DNA of 64,000 bases from Paraspadella gotoi. Lineage: Eukaryota > Animalia > Chaetognatha. Numbering within the stretch: the stretch's first letter is position 1; the number at the start of each line of letters is the position of its first letter. Of the stretch, positions 33,212 to 47,324 are shown piece by piece. The translations under genes were made by a program, and so were the position numbers. A model generated the notes under the pieces. That model made no database searches and was not told where the DNA came from. It was given only the letters and a program-made list of their open reading frames with translations. Location of the stretch: NCBI GenBank assembly GCA_051294375.1, contig CM119265.1, forward strand, positions 13,322,124 through 13,386,123, written 5' to 3'.

Positions 33212-36102
33212 ATGTCGGAGAAGCCTTACGTCTCTTTCCCTCTCTTCCGTGCCAAATTCAACCGCCAAAAGCCTCAAACCCGAGCGATGAAGCGATCGGC
33301 CGCTTCTCACGGGATTTCTCTCCGCTTCTCGCCGGATAAACTTCATCGTCCCCACGTTATCGTTTCCATATTCGTTTCCATACTTATTTTTTGGACCTTC
33401 TTCTCGACCGCCGGCGCCGAAGGATCCAAATTGTTTCAGTGCAAAAAATCATCCGGACTTAACGTGGAACATCAGTTTCATTGTTGCTACACGGACAGGC
33501 AACCCGGCTGCAGCAATCTCTGCATTGAAAACAGCAGGGTTTGTGATGGTGAGGAATATAATAATAATATACCAATTTCATATATAATATATTGTATAAT
33601 AATATAATACGAATATAATACATTGTTCAATTACTAAGAAACGTTTGACAACCCACATCCGTTTTACCTGGACTAATCCTTTCCTTTCGAGGCGTTCCCG
33701 ATTGCCCGGACTCCCGGGACGAGTGGAGCTCCCTCTGCAGCCAACCTTGCGTGCTCGGCTATCACCAGTTCAAAGGCTTTGCCTGCCGCAAGACGTGGAA
33801 GAGATGCCTCACCTTCAACTTTTATTGCGACGAAGAAGTCGACTGCGGATCCGAGCAAGAGAAGGATGAGTCCGACGAAGCCGAGTGCGACTGTTTCTCT
33901 AACAGGGTGAGGTCGGCGGGAAAGGTAGACTTGTGGTTTAGGAGCAATGAATTATGAAATGGAAGGAAAAGAATATTTTGGTGATTTTTTGGACGTTCTA
34001 AAATTTTATATTGAGTCATTTAATCTCTGTCATTTATTCTTACTAGTTTTATAAATTTTTAATAATATTCTATTTTTTTATAGGAAAAACAGTTTTTAAA
34101 AGTCAAACAACGATTTTATTGACAAATAAGTCAGACATGTTTATTTATATTTATTTCAACGCTGATGAAGACTCTAAAACAAGAGTCGAAACATGTCCGA
34201 CTTATTTTTCAATAAAATCGTTGTTTGAATTTTTACAAAACTGTTTTTCCTAAAAATTCCTCAAACACAATGAAAAGAAAGTAAAACCAATACAATAATA
34301 TTATAATATTGATATTGATGTCGCTGTAATTGCATCGATTCATATATTTTCTAAATTTTATATCAGTCCTCATCTATTCCTCAATTGTTGATGAAATAAA
34401 ATCTAATTTCCCCCCTTTTTTTAGGATTGCCCATTTTTCGGAAATATTTCCGTCACTATCCCGCCTAAAATCGAAGACGCCGTCGACGACGACGATAGCG
34501 ACGACGAACGCGTCGTTCTCGTCGCCGTCGTCTGCATTATCGTCGTCCTCGTACTCGTCGTCGTCGGAATTTGCGCTTTTCTCGTCAAGAGACAATTGAG
34601 CAAAAGCGTCCTGGACGGAAAAAGGGAAGGGAGAGGAAACAACGTCAATAATAGAGGTAGCCGACCAAATTCAAATTTTAATGGAACAGCATTAAACTAA
34701 TCCTTATTGGTATCTAATTATTGTGTTAAAATATTTTTTACAAAAATGTTCCGAACCATGGTAATTTGCTAATTAATATTATTTTATTGCTATATAATGT
34801 CAAAAATTTTTTTGGATATTTTAAGTTTTTTAATTGATTCTGATAGAGCTTAAAAAGTTAAGCAAAAATATAATTACAACTTTTAAAATTTTGATTTTTA
34901 TTACTACAAAATTAGTAAATAAACTGCTAAAATCATCGGATGATATATTATGATGATTTTTTTAAGGTTTTTCTCAATTTAAACCCACTTATCATCAAAA
35001 TATTGAAAAAAGAATTATACTTTGTGTAGATAACTTTTCATAAGCTATTTGAATCTGCTTTAAAAATAAAAAATTCAAAAAAAAATTTTTACATTCCTAT
35101 CTATAAATAAATATTAAAAATTAAATTACTAATGCTTCTTGCATTTTAGAAAATTTTGCTCCATTGAAAGTTTTCTCAGAAATGTATGAAGTTTCATTTG
35201 AAAGGTTCCCAAATCAAACTTCTGACCCACCCCATTGACGAAGTTTGGCTCTATCAATAACCAGGTTCGTATTTCAGCCTCTTTTGGTTTCCTCTTTGGC
35301 GGGGAAAAAAAAAGAAACTGTGGCATGTGAAAAAAAAAAAAAAAAAAAAATTTCCCCTCTATTGACATTCATTCGACGTTGTTGTTTTTTTACGAAGATA
35401 AAGTCGTTGATCGATGGTGACATGTCCCCTGACCAAGTAAAATCAAAACAATAACAAAAAACCGAAAACAATACATATCACATCTAAGTCACGTTAGTCA
35501 CACGAACGCGGGCTTTTAATCGTCACGAAAATCTTCGAATTACTCTATATCAATTTGGCCCAAAAAAAAACAAAACAAAAACAAAAACAAATAAAAAAAT
35601 CACGAGAACGAATCAATCATTTTTATCCCTTGAATTCTGAGGGTTTAACTTTTAGAAGCGATAAAACCGTTAATGGAAAGAGATATGACGGTTTCGCTTC
35701 TCTACATTAATGTAAATGCGGGTGGTCGCCTTTGAAGTGGGAAGAGGAAGCGAAAGTTAAAAATATAGGGAAAATATGATTCATACAATGAATTAAAATA
35801 AAGTCGAATATTAAAAAAAAAACAACGATAAACATTCACCCATTCACAGGAGGACTGATCAGCAACGTGAACCTCCCCACTCCGATCTTCGCCAGCCCCT
35901 CTCGAACCCCCCACCCTCCCCTTTCCGTACCCCCGCCACGCCCACCACCCCCTCCGCCCCCTCGATTCGCGAGGATTCCCTATCGTCGCCGTTTGGCTCC
36001 CTGGCGTTGGGGGAGGAGCTGCTCGGGCCGACGACTATCGACGCTCCGCCATCTTACGAAGAGATCGTGGAGCTCTCTAGGAGCGCATCGAGAGTGAGTT
36101 AG
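33212..36102 (+). CDS. Single-pass membrane protein with two LDL-receptor class A repeats and a cytoplasmic PPxY motif (LDLRAD-like)
   Basis: Exons 33212-33548, 33692-33906, 34425-34656 and 35850-36102. They encode a signal-like hydrophobic segment, LDLa motifs CIENSRVCDGVPDCPDSRDE and FYCDEEVDCG...DESDEAEC, a TM helix VVLVAVVCIIVVLVLVVVGICAFLV, and a Pro-rich tail. APPSYEEIV is reached only via a 1-nt frameshift in the C-rich stretch near 35900-35960. Confidence 0.8.
34081..34252. repeat. Fold-back inverted repeat (about 62-bp arms) around the hammerhead motif
   Basis: 34081-34142 (taggaaaaacagtttt...cagacatgttt) is the near-perfect reverse complement of 34189-34252. Confidence 0.9.
34160..34199 (+). 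ncRNA. Minimal type I hammerhead ribozyme motif of the Penelope-like-element kind
   Basis: CG CTGATGA A GACTC taaaacaa GAGTC GAAA CATGTC CG: complete core, 5-bp stem II, palindromic ACATGT stem III, only a 2-bp stem I, and a downstream AATAAA. Confidence 0.7.
34790..35130 (-). repeat. AT-rich dispersed repeat, copy 2 (inverted relative to 31860-32180)
   Basis: Reverse-complement similarity to 31860-32180. Confidence 0.65.
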
Positions 36103-36495
36103 GATCAAAAAAAGGATCGGCGTCGCTCCAGCGAAGTCTCCGCTTGCGAGAAGAAAAAGGTCCAATTTTGAAGACGTGCGAAAAAGATGGTGAAATTTAG
36201 GTTGTTTTTGTTTTTTGTTTTTTTTATAACCTCGAGTATTTACATAGTTGATTTTTTTGAAAATCAGCGAGACAGCATTAACCAGTAATAAACGATATAC
36301 TTATACAATTACATTTTACAACAATCAGAACTTCCTTCGTCTTGACCAAAAATAGGCAACATCGCGCAGCAATTTCATTTCTTATTCGAATGAGAATTTA
36401 ATTACGTGAATAATCTCTCTCTACTGATTATTTAGGTATTTTTATTGAATTCAACTAAATCTTTAAAACCAATTTGTTAACATTTTTTTTAAAAT

Positions 36496-36566
<71 letters not shown>

Positions 36567-39500
36567 CTCTTTCTCTCCCTCTCTCTCTTTCTCTCTATTT
36601 CTTTCTTTCTCTCTTTCTTTCTTTATTTTTCTCTCCCTCTCTCTTTCTCTCTCTCTCTCTAAAATTATTAAATTAAATTTGTTTTCCTGTTGGAATTTAA
36701 TGACGTTTTAAAAAGGCCTTCACCATCACCATGTCATCCTATTTTGATTCTACATTCACTCTTTCGATAAATTTATAAAATCGTAGTATTTTTATATTTT
36801 AAATATTTTGTGGCATCGCGAGATACTGTATCAACGAAGGAGGAAAAAAGTGATAATGTGAGCTGTAATTTCTTTTCCATATTGTGGCATTTTACAACTG
36901 TACCCAATCTTAAAATGCTTTTCAATATAAATCTCTCGCGCGCTTTCCTTTTTTTACCGAATGTCAAGTGTTAATAATTTTATCCTTCTAGTCATCTAAC
37001 CTTCCGGCTCGAATGCCCATTTCCCAAATGACTTTTATTTCGTGCCCAACTCTTTAATCGAGTCTATTTAATTTTTTTTATTATGAAAAACAAATTCGGT
37101 TATAAATTCGCTGTATTTGAATTCATCTCTAAAAATCTCCGTTTTTCTTACTAATAACTTTTTAAAATTTAATGTTATGTCGTCGCGTTATTTGAGTAAA
37201 TATTTTTTTCTTAGAAACTGATCTCATTGTAAATGAATTCGACGTATTTTACGTTTAAAATTCAATACATTTTTAGTCTTTGTCGATCGTCTCTTTGAGG
37301 AGAGAGAGAGCGAGAGAGAGAGTGAGGTAGATCAACTCTTAGTGGAAGCGAAAGTTTGTATAAAAACATTTGCAAAGGAACAAAATTGTGGTTTTTATCT
37401 ACCTACAACGGAAACGTAAGTGCAATTTTACCTACAAACCGTCTAAAGAAGTTAAAAGAAAAAAAACCAGAATAAGAAAAGATCCAAATATATGTAAGAA
37501 AGAGGTGATTGAAAAAATTAACAAAAAAGTTAGAGAAGGAATGAAAGTTAATCATAATAGATCAGATGTTCTTCACAACCTCCGATAAGAGACTCTTCAA
37601 AATTCGAGCCTTTTAACCTTTTCACTCGTTTTATCTTGTGAATAGCGCGACCTGCAAGTTCTTAATCTGCGAAAGCTCAGGCGCCTTTTTTGGGTCTTGT
37701 TTTGGCTCAATTCGAACTGGATGACCCTTTAGCGACCCCGAACGAACTTGCCTCGCGTCACAAAAAAAAACCTTTAATTCCTTAACGTATTATTTTTTTT
37801 TTTAAATTGAAAACCTAATCTTAAATTCAACGTCTAAATTATAGAAAACATACTTTCTCTTTTTTATTTTCAAAACAGCTTTTAAAATCCTGAAATCCTT
37901 TTTCTCCACCGATTGCGTAGTAAAAATTTTTTTCACCTGCAATTATCGACGGTTACGAAACGTCAAGGACAAGTCGGACAAATTTTAAAGTCTCGACGTG
38001 GAAAAAAATATATAAATGTTTTTGAGTAGCTGTTCTAGAAGCAGTCTTAGAGTTTTTTCGCTTCAAAAAAAAAATCTACCTAGCATTCATTGTACTGTTG
38101 ATGCTGATGCAACCTAGGAAATTATCTTTCAATTATGATTTTAAACAGTAAAAAAAGTTGAGATAATTTTGAATAAAACTTTCGTAGTAAATGTCATCCA
38201 GCCTCATTTTTTTTCATGATATAATAATTTTTCAAATGCACAACAAATATCGAATAGCATTAGATTAAAACAAATGTCTGCAGTCATCGAGTTCCCAATA
38301 ACCGATTCTCCAATCATCATTGTCACTTCCATTTTCTTCGCCGTAACGTATTAGATTCCTGACTCCAGAGTGATGTAACTTAAGACCGAGTTACCCAGTT
38401 ACGCTCAACCGCAATTTGAAAAATCCTGTCGAGAAAATTTTATACAAAACGGGTTTCTCTCTGTCCCTTTCTGTGTCTCCCTTTCTCTGAATATTTGGTG
38501 ACACGTACAGAAATGAGAAAATTGATAAGGATTACCTTTTTCAAAGAAAAGTAAGAAGTAGCACAGCAGAAAGTTAGTCTGGGATATAGTTGAATTCGTT
38601 CTCTTTTTGAAAGAGTTCTTATTGAGATAAGGTTATTAAGTTTGAGAAAGTATGAAACAAATGTTTCATTTTTTAGCGTTAATTTACATGATATCCTGCA
38701 CTTAATAGTTATGCGCTTCATAAATAAAGAATCCTTTATTAAATTCGCCAGTCGCCACCTCCTACGATCGGCCCGCCATTCCAGGTGCGATTAATGACTA
38801 AATTGAAATTAATTTTAAAAAAAAATGCTTATGTAAGGCCAGAAAGAAAATCCTGTTTTATTCCTTTCTTATTTTTAATTCATTTCGTTACCCGTTGCGA
38901 CAACTTTTGCTTTTCAAACTCAAAATTCGTGGTTGCGTAACTTGACGAACCGGTTTCTTACAGAAAATTCTATCAATTCATTGTTTTTCTTCTTTCATTT
39001 TAAAATTTTTTTGAGTAAGAAAGCCAAGACGGAAACGAGTTGGAACGATGACGACGTGTTCTATTTCTAAGCAGGGAATCGGGTAGTTTTTATTGAATAA
39101 AAATAACCTTCTCTATAACATTAAATAATTTTGAGGTTACACACTTTCCGTCATTTTTATTTTGCGATATCCTTCTTGATTTATCTCCAACTGTTTTTTA
39201 CATATCCTTTTTAATTGTTCCTTCGTTATAGATTATTAATTATTCATTTTTTTTCTATCAATCAATCATTCTTTTAAAAACTTTGGTACTTTTTGCACTA
39301 CGCAGTTCTTGACGTAGCTTTTCAACACGATAATCTTTTTAAAATCATTTATTATTTTAAAAAGATACCGAAAAATATCCGACCGACAAAAAACCACATA
39401 AAATACTTACTAAGAAACTAAGCTTATTTCCGGGCTATATTAACGATAAGTCGTGGCATGCGGGGGAGAGGGCGGAGAGGCGCATATTAGACACAGAAGC

Positions 39501-40634
39501 CATGAAAATAAACATTAATATCGACGGACTTGCTGGGTTTTCCTTCGGGCATTGGCCTCATTAATCTGGTCTTTATTAAAGCGCTCTTAGAGACAGAGAT
39601 GAGTATATGGTGGTGACGACGACGGCGACGACGACGACGAAGACGTCTCTTTCTATTGCCAATCTTCATCGGGATTAAAAGAGTAATTAAAGTTCGGGCG
39701 AGAGAAATCCAACGCTTTCTGATTCTGATTCGTCCTTTCTCAAGATATTTATTTAGTTATTATTTATTTATAAATATATAATCAAAACTTATTTTCATGC
39801 AAAAGTTTAGCTTCTTAATAAACTTTTTAAAAGTTATATTTCAATGAGTTTTTTCTTAAAATATAAAACAAATGACATTCTGACGATCTTTCTAACCGAA
39901 ACGGATCCGCTTCATAAAAATTCTTTTTCTTTTTTTCCGACAACTCTCAAATTCTTAATAATCGTTACCAAAAATATTGACGACGACAACGACGACAACG
40001 TCGACGAGGACGACTCGGGGCGTTAACGCGCTTCGCCCATATTCCAGTTTTACCGAGAATAAGACGACAAATCGGGTTGAGGGGTGGAGTCACCTAAGAC
40101 GTTCGGGTGGAGTCCAAATTTTGGAAAATGTGACTTACCGGAGAAGAGAAAAGTCGATAAAGAAAAAAAAAAACTATTAGAACGACGTTTTGACAAACAT
40201 TTTCGCGATTTTCCGAGAAAGATATTATAACTTAAGAAAGTTGGACAAGGGAAATTTACATCCGGGGCTTAGTCGCTGCATGTTTTTTCTCGTGGTTTGG
40301 ACGAGGGCTTGGAGCGCGGATAACATTAGGAGAACTATAAAGGATAAAAAAACCATATTTTCATGAGTGCTTAAATTTTCATCTTGAACTTGACTGCTTA
40401 AATTTTCATCCTGTACATGACCATTGACCCTCGTACAATGCATTGCTGAGATTTTTTTAAATGTAATGTTGAATTAATTGAATTTAGTTATATTAATAGT
40501 CCCCATGACCTTAAAAAACAGGGAAAAAAGGAGAGAAAAAATAAAGAAAAAATCGAAATAAAAAAAACAAAAAAAATACACAGAAACGTATGAAGGAAAG
40601 AACGAAATAAATAGAAAGAAAGAAAGAAAGAAAA

Positions 40635-40686
<52 letters not shown>

Positions 40687-41044
40687 AAAAAAAGAACTAA
40701 AGAAAGAAAGAAACCAACCAACTCAACAACGTTCTTCGAATTCCAATCCCGATCAAAAAAGTCCTAATAAAATCAATTTGTAAAAAAAAAACAAACAAAA
40801 GAAAACAAAATCTCGTAAACAAAACTCGTAAAGAGTTCCTCGCCAAATCTTCCGCGATCGAAAACTATGGGCGTTATCTCCAACGAAAGATCGTTAAAGA
40901 GGAAGAACAAGAAATTGGGTGTTTCCTGCAAACTTCTCCCAAACTTGACCCCGTCTTCGAGTCTGGCAACGATCGGAGCCGCGTTGCCACGATTTCAACT
41001 TCGCTAACGGCGCGAAGATATTAAATTTGAACGAGATCCACATC

Positions 41045-41113
<69 letters not shown>

Positions 41114-41888
41114 CTATAGTCACGTTGCTTTTATTCAATCATAATTACGTATTAAATCTCGCTTCGTCTTTTACTCAATTCCTTTTCTTTTTTTCCTTCG
41201 AGGAATCGACTTCTCTCCCAAACTCGTCTTCCTACTTTTCATCGTCTCCTCTTCCTCCTCCCATCCCTTCTTCCTTTCTCAAAAAATGTGACACACTCTA
41301 TCTCTCTATCTCTCTCTCTCTCTCTCATTCATAAGACAAAAAAAGTTTTTACTCGAAAATCCATTTCTCCGATTTTTCAGTCACATTTTTCGGAGTTAAC
41401 GATTTCGTTCGGATCTCTCTCCCTCTATCCCTCTCTCTCGTGGAAATTATGATTTGAAGAAAAAAAATATAAAAAAAAAAAAACCTCATCTGCGAAAATC
41501 GGTTCCACGAGGCCTCTCTTTTTTTTTAATTTCCAAGGTAAGTTTTTATTGTCAAAACTGAATAAGGAGTCTCGTTGTAAAAATATTCGATGCTCTACTG
41601 GTCCGTCTGGTTTATTACTAAAGAAATCCGGGCAAATTATCATAAGAAAAAAAAACAATGTAACTTTTGTGTCGTTTAAATGTTTGCTTCAAAGACGACT
41701 TTGTTCGCGCATTTTGCAAATCTGGTTTGGTCACTCTTGCAAATTAGCATTTCATTTTTCTTCCATTCGTGACAAAGGTTCATTGTCCAGAATAAAGGAC
41801 AAATTAAGTCCTAAAACCGCGTTTTTTTAAAAAACGCTCTCTCACCAATATAAGTTATTTTTTAACAGTTATAAGTCAAAATTTTTTT

Positions 41889-41928
<40 letters not shown>

Positions 41929-42477
41929 TTTTTCGTTCTTTTAATTTATATTATATTTTTTTATATCTTTTTCTATCAGTTTATTAATTCTTTATCCTAT
42001 CTTTCCTTCATTTTTTTCCATTGCGTCCAGCGTTAGTTTCCGGTTATCAGGGTTTAACATAAGCGGATAAACAAAACTAATAAAATCCTTAAAATCCAAA
42101 TGGTCACGTGTTTCATGGAGGAATGCGGGCAAGAGTCACACATAGCTTTCGATCTCTGCCGATACAATATCTTTTTCGATCCTTAAACCGAACCATAATT
42201 TTTTTTTTGAAAAACAAGTTTTACATGATCATTGATCAAATATGATAACTTTGATAAGTGTGTCTTAGTTTTGTCTCGATACAAACGTTTTTTTTTCTGA
42301 AAAAGTCTTCAAATAAAATATTCCCCATGGTGTTTTCCCCCATGACCATTGATATCAGTGCTAATTTTAAATCGGTCAAATGCATCTTGATGTCTTCTAA
42401 CGTAATATTTTTTTTTCCATATTTTTTCTTCTTTAGAAATCGACATCATTCCAATGCGTTGAACTCAACTAACAAAT

Positions 42478-44100
42478 ATGAGTAAGTAGCTGTCACTACC
42501 ACATTAGAATAGTTACTTTGAATTATAAGTGGGCATAATAAATTATATGATATTAAACTTAATGAAAACTTCTTAGCTGGAACTTGGACCCAAACCTCGC
42601 GAGGCGACTTCGACGTCGAATCGCTGATCGACGTTGCAAATGCGACGAAGGAGAATCTGCCTGATGGATGGACCAAAGTCAGGTTGAAGATAATAACTTC
42701 CTTGCGATTCATACTTTTTTGATTTCTTCTTTTACTATCCACATCTTTCGATTTTATTGTTGTGTTGAGACTTTCTTGTCCTTGCGTTTATAGAATTATT
42801 TGTTTACAAACAAAAAACGGACTTGTTTCCACTCTAGTTTTTTCGATTCTTCATCAGCGCGTAATAAATTTTTGCTGTTTAAACAAACTAATGACAGTAT
42901 AAATTAAAAATCAATTTCAGTTCATATTTTTTTAAAAATATAAAACTGTTAATTTAATATCAATAGATTGAAAAAATATGATTTCTACAAACGCTACCTC
43001 ATCAAAAAATCATTTTTCTTTTTCTGTGTTTCTTCAATAGTTCTTTTTGTGGGTTCTTGTGTTTAAAGTCGCAACGATTATTTTGGAAATCGGAGCTTTT
43101 TCAGGATCCCTCTATTCGGGTTTTAAAACTTACCTACGTAATTAAAATTTCTCATCACCCAGATAATTTCGCCTAACGTGGACGAAATTAGTGATGTAAG
43201 AAATTTGATAAAATCAAGTTTAGAAAACGGGTTTCTTGGTTTTCTTCACGCACGGTTTAGAAACTAATATAATGAATATCGATTCGTGAATTTTATTTTT
43301 AAACCAAATAAGTTTTCCTAATATTTCAATTGGAATTTTGGTATTCCTCAGATTCAATATTTGTTTTTATGTATATAACTATTAAAATTTGTTTTAACTT
43401 TTAAAATCCGTTTTATTTTGTCACCTAATTTTATAATTTTAGACCCTCGAAAAATTTTAGTCGAGTTCATATCAGGATTTTTTTTTATAAAATCGATAAT
43501 TGCATAGAAAAACTCGACAGGCTGTATAGTAAGGCGGTGACAACATACCTATAACTTGTTAATAAAAAATTGTAAAATGAAAGTAACAAATTAGCATCTT
43601 TGTTCTTCAGGTCGAACGATTACGTTTGCTTCATTCACATCGCGTTTCATCCTCATCTCCTCGAATGCGCTTGGGACAAAATTGTCATGATTCAAAAATC
43701 TAAATTCCATTCAGGTGATGATTAAAGTCTCAATATTTATGCTAAATGAATATATTTTGCAAACAATACACGTACAACTTTTAGCTCCGCTTTCTTTTCT
43801 ACGTAGTATCTTTTTTTTTCCCTCCCTCACTTTTTCTCGATATCACACTTAATATCTTTATTACGCTTCCCTTTAAATTAATGGGGGCAGTGATTTCCAA
43901 GTTTTACAAATAAGTGCGAGAGTATTTACAAAGTGTCAACCCTGAACGGAAGGATTTTCGGTTGAATTATGAGGGCTCGTCGGGAAATAAAAAAAAAAAG
44001 GAAACGGAGAGAGAGAGAGAGAGATGAGAGGTGTGTTTTTCATGTAGTATCTTTTACTTTCTTTCAGAGGAAAAGAAGGATGTGTCGAAAAGAAAGAGAG

Positions 44101-44139
<39 letters not shown>

Positions 44140-44228
44140 GAAGAGAGAGAGGAGGAGAGAGAGAGAGAAGAAGAGAGAGGAGGTTTTTCATGAAATCGCG
44201 GAAAAGAAGGATGTGGCGAAAAGGAAAG

Positions 44229-44259
<31 letters not shown>

Positions 44260-44269
44260 GAGAGAGAGA

Positions 44270-44311
<42 letters not shown>

Positions 44312-44320
44312 GAAGAGGGA

Positions 44321-44355
<35 letters not shown>

Positions 44356-47150
44356 TTTTTCATGTATCTTTCTGCTTTCTTTCAGAGGACAAGCGAAAGT
44401 TCGATGTGACAGTGAAAACGGCGCTGAACAATCCTTTGGTGATTTTGGAGGAAAGCGGCGCCGACGAATTAAGCAAAGGATTCGTTTATGAGAAATCGGA
44501 GGTAAAGTTGATGAGTCTGTATGTCTGTGATATGCGTGTGCCTGTTTGAGAGGGCGAGGAAGACGTTTTGAAATAATATAAAATTAGAAAGAGGTAAACT
44601 AAATTGTTCTTGTTTAAACATTTTAAAAATTATAATTCACTGCAAATGGTTTTGAATGAATTTATTGTAATTAGATTTCATATTCTAAGTACTAATGTAC
44701 TAAGATACGAATGCAAATTGCTTTTTAATTGAGTAACAATAACCAAAAACTATCTTCAACCCGAACCACCCAAGGAACTCTTGAAGACATCCTCGGACGT
44801 GATGTCTCTGATCAGCCTCCGTGACGTTCCGGGTTACAACAAAAAATCGCGCGGAGATTCGTTTCGATCGTCGAATCGGGGATCGAGGAGTCCCGGAGGA
44901 AGAGGAGGGGGAGGTGCGGAAGAAGGGGGAGAAGGAAGAGTAGAGGAAAAAGAAAATGTTACCCGAGAGAGAAGTCCCGTCAGAAGAATAGAGACAGAAT
45001 ATCGTTCGCCGCAGAGATCTCCTACGCGGCATTTCTCCGAGCCTGCCTCTCAACAGCATCCTCAGCATCCATCCAATCAAATGCCCTTCCACAATCGCTC
45101 CCCTTCGTCAATAAGATCCTTCTACTATCCCGACACTCCCACCCTGAGTCCCACCGGCTCGTCGGAGGCCAGCTGTCCGGCGGCGACGAGGAGCGAAGAG
45201 CGGATTCTCCCTCGACATCCCGCGCCTTACCCGCCGCAGCATCCGCTGAAGGGCATGCTGAGGCAGCTTTCTCAGTTTCCCGGAGTGGTAGAGGGGCGGG
45301 TGGAGCCGGGTCGATCCTCGGAGTTGAGTGCCAGAGTAGAGTTTGGTCCTGAGTTCTGTCCCGGGAGCGAGACCGACTCCGCTTTGGATCTAAGCTCGAC
45401 GGGAAAAAGATCTTCACCAGCGTCGCCGCCGACGGCGCCCCCGCCGCGCGACAATTTCCAGCGCCGCTCGTCTGATTCTCTGGATCCGCCGCCGTTATCT
45501 CGTGTGCCTTTGGCTCCGCGGTTCCGCGCGCCGCCGCAGCCCTCGTCCCTCGTCGATCCCATGCCTTCCATGCCTTCGCCGAATTCCCTGCCAAACTCTT
45601 CGTCTCCGAGATACGTTCTTTCTCCGCCGGCGATATTTCCTCTGGGTTCCATGCCTTCGCCAGCCTCCATGCCCTCTCCGGCTTCTTTGCCATCACCGGC
45701 TTCCATGCCTTCACCCCGTTCCGTTCATTCTTCCGGGTCTCCGCCACCAGGGAGACACAACAACTCCTCGCCGACGCTCTCTTCAACCAAGGGCGGATCC
45801 CTCGCTTCTCCTCCTCCTCCTCTTCATCCTCTTCCTTCTCCCGCCGCCGATGAGGGGGATCTCCACGACTTTCCTCAACTGAAGAAGGCATTGACCGAAG
45901 GCGCCTTCGCCAACGTTCGCTCGACCGAGGATCGTTTTCCCGGCGTCGTCAAGTCTTTCCATCTTCCGGCAGTGAAGGAAATGCCGGAAAAACTCGGCCT
46001 CGTCGTCAACGAGGTCACAGGGAAAGGGTGAGTCTTCGGCGAGTTGTCAAAATTTCCTATTTGATATTTAATATTATTTTCTATTTAATATTTTTTTCTT
46101 TTGCAGTTACGAAAAACGCGTCCTCACCTACGTTCGGAAAACGGCAGAAGGTTCTGGCGAAAAGGTCATTTACGAACTTTGCCCGCCGGAAACTGTTCCT
46201 CCCACGTACGTGGCGTTTCCGGAAAAGGCCAAGACGGGCGACCTAGTCTCGCTGGATCTTCGCCGGGACAAGGTGGGTCCCGGCGCGGTGCTGTCCACCT
46301 ACCGATCCTGCCTCAAGTGTCCAGAATGTGAAAAAGTCTTCACGGGTCCCAAAGGACTCAAGCAGCACATCTCCTTCGTGCACAGAGGAGTCACTCAACC
46401 CTGGAAGTGCGAAGAGTGCGGAAAGCATTTCACGCTAAAGGTAAGATACAGCTTTCCCTTACTTTCTACAGATTGGAAAAATTTGTAATTATTTGCGATC
46501 AAAAACTCAGGCCAGTCTCAAACTCCACCGCAAGATTCACACGGGACAGAGAGAGTTCAAATGTGACGTCTGTTCCAAGACTTTCGTGCAGAAAGTGGGA
46601 TTGCAAGAACACATGCGAACCCACACCAAGATCAAACCCTATCAGTGTGGGGTCTGTGCGAGAAAGTTTACGCAAAAACACAGCCTCATCACTCACCTTC
46701 GTTTACACACTGGAGAGAAGGTAAGGTCGTGAGGTGGATATTTTCATTCATTCAGTGGAAGATTGGATTCTAATCAAGACCTTTCTCCTCCAGCCCTTTA
46801 ACTGCTCCGCCTGCAACAAGGACTTCACGTTCAAAAACTCGTACAGATGGCATCTTTTGAAATTCCACGCCAACGATTTGAAGAAGGCGGACATCGATCG
46901 ACTGCTGGACGACCCGGTTCTGAGCCTGCACCAGGTGGCGATGCAAGGGTCGAAGGAGGACTCGCCCTCGTCGCAGGTCGACGCCGGCTCATCCTCCAGC
47001 GAAGGTCCGGGGACGCCGCCGTCTCCGCCAAAAGGTTCGACTTCGTCTTCAGCATCCGAAGGCTCTGATCAAGAGGAAGGGGGACTGCAAATTGTAGAAG
47101 AGGAAGCGTCCGTCAGTCAGCCAAGTTTGAGGATGCTGCTGACAGCTTGA
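42478..47150 (+). CDS. C2H2 zinc-finger protein (five fingers, long Pro/Ser-rich region)
   Basis: Phase-consistent exons 42478-42481, 42577-42682, 43611-43714, 44386-44501, 44775-46027, 46107-46440, 46511-46720 and 46794-47150. Fingers CPECEKVF...HISFVH, CEECGKHF...HRKIH, CDVCSKTF...HMRTH, CGVCARKF...HLRLHTGEKPF and CSACNKDF...HLLKFH. The 5' exons are less certain. Confidence 0.88.
42816..42861 (-). ncRNA. Degenerate copy of the minimal hammerhead motif
   Basis: Minus strand CGCG CTGATGA A GAATC gaaaaaacta GAGTG GAAA CAAGTC CGTT is homologous to 34160-34199, with stem II broken. Confidence 0.5.
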
Positions 47151-47324
47151 AATCGTGACAACAAAAACCCCATAATTCCCGCTTCAAGGCGAAGTATTAG
47201 AAATAAAACTCATGATTTTTGTATAATGTATATTATACATTGTATAATGTAGTCTTTTCTAATTTGGACTTTCCATTTGCCTCGCAAGTCAGTGGGGCTT
47301 GTTTCTATCATGTTTATTAGATGC

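Noticed and set aside
35900-35960. Frameshift in the LDLa gene, and similar ones in cadherin exons and LITAF gene 1, as programmed frameshifting or pseudogenisation
   Set aside because: They fall in or next to homopolymer runs in an error-prone assembly, and the LITAF one is corrected in the duplicate copy.
45022-45891. Long antisense ORFs opposite the zinc-finger exon
   Set aside because: Shadow frames of a GC-rich, Pro/Ser-rich coding exon.
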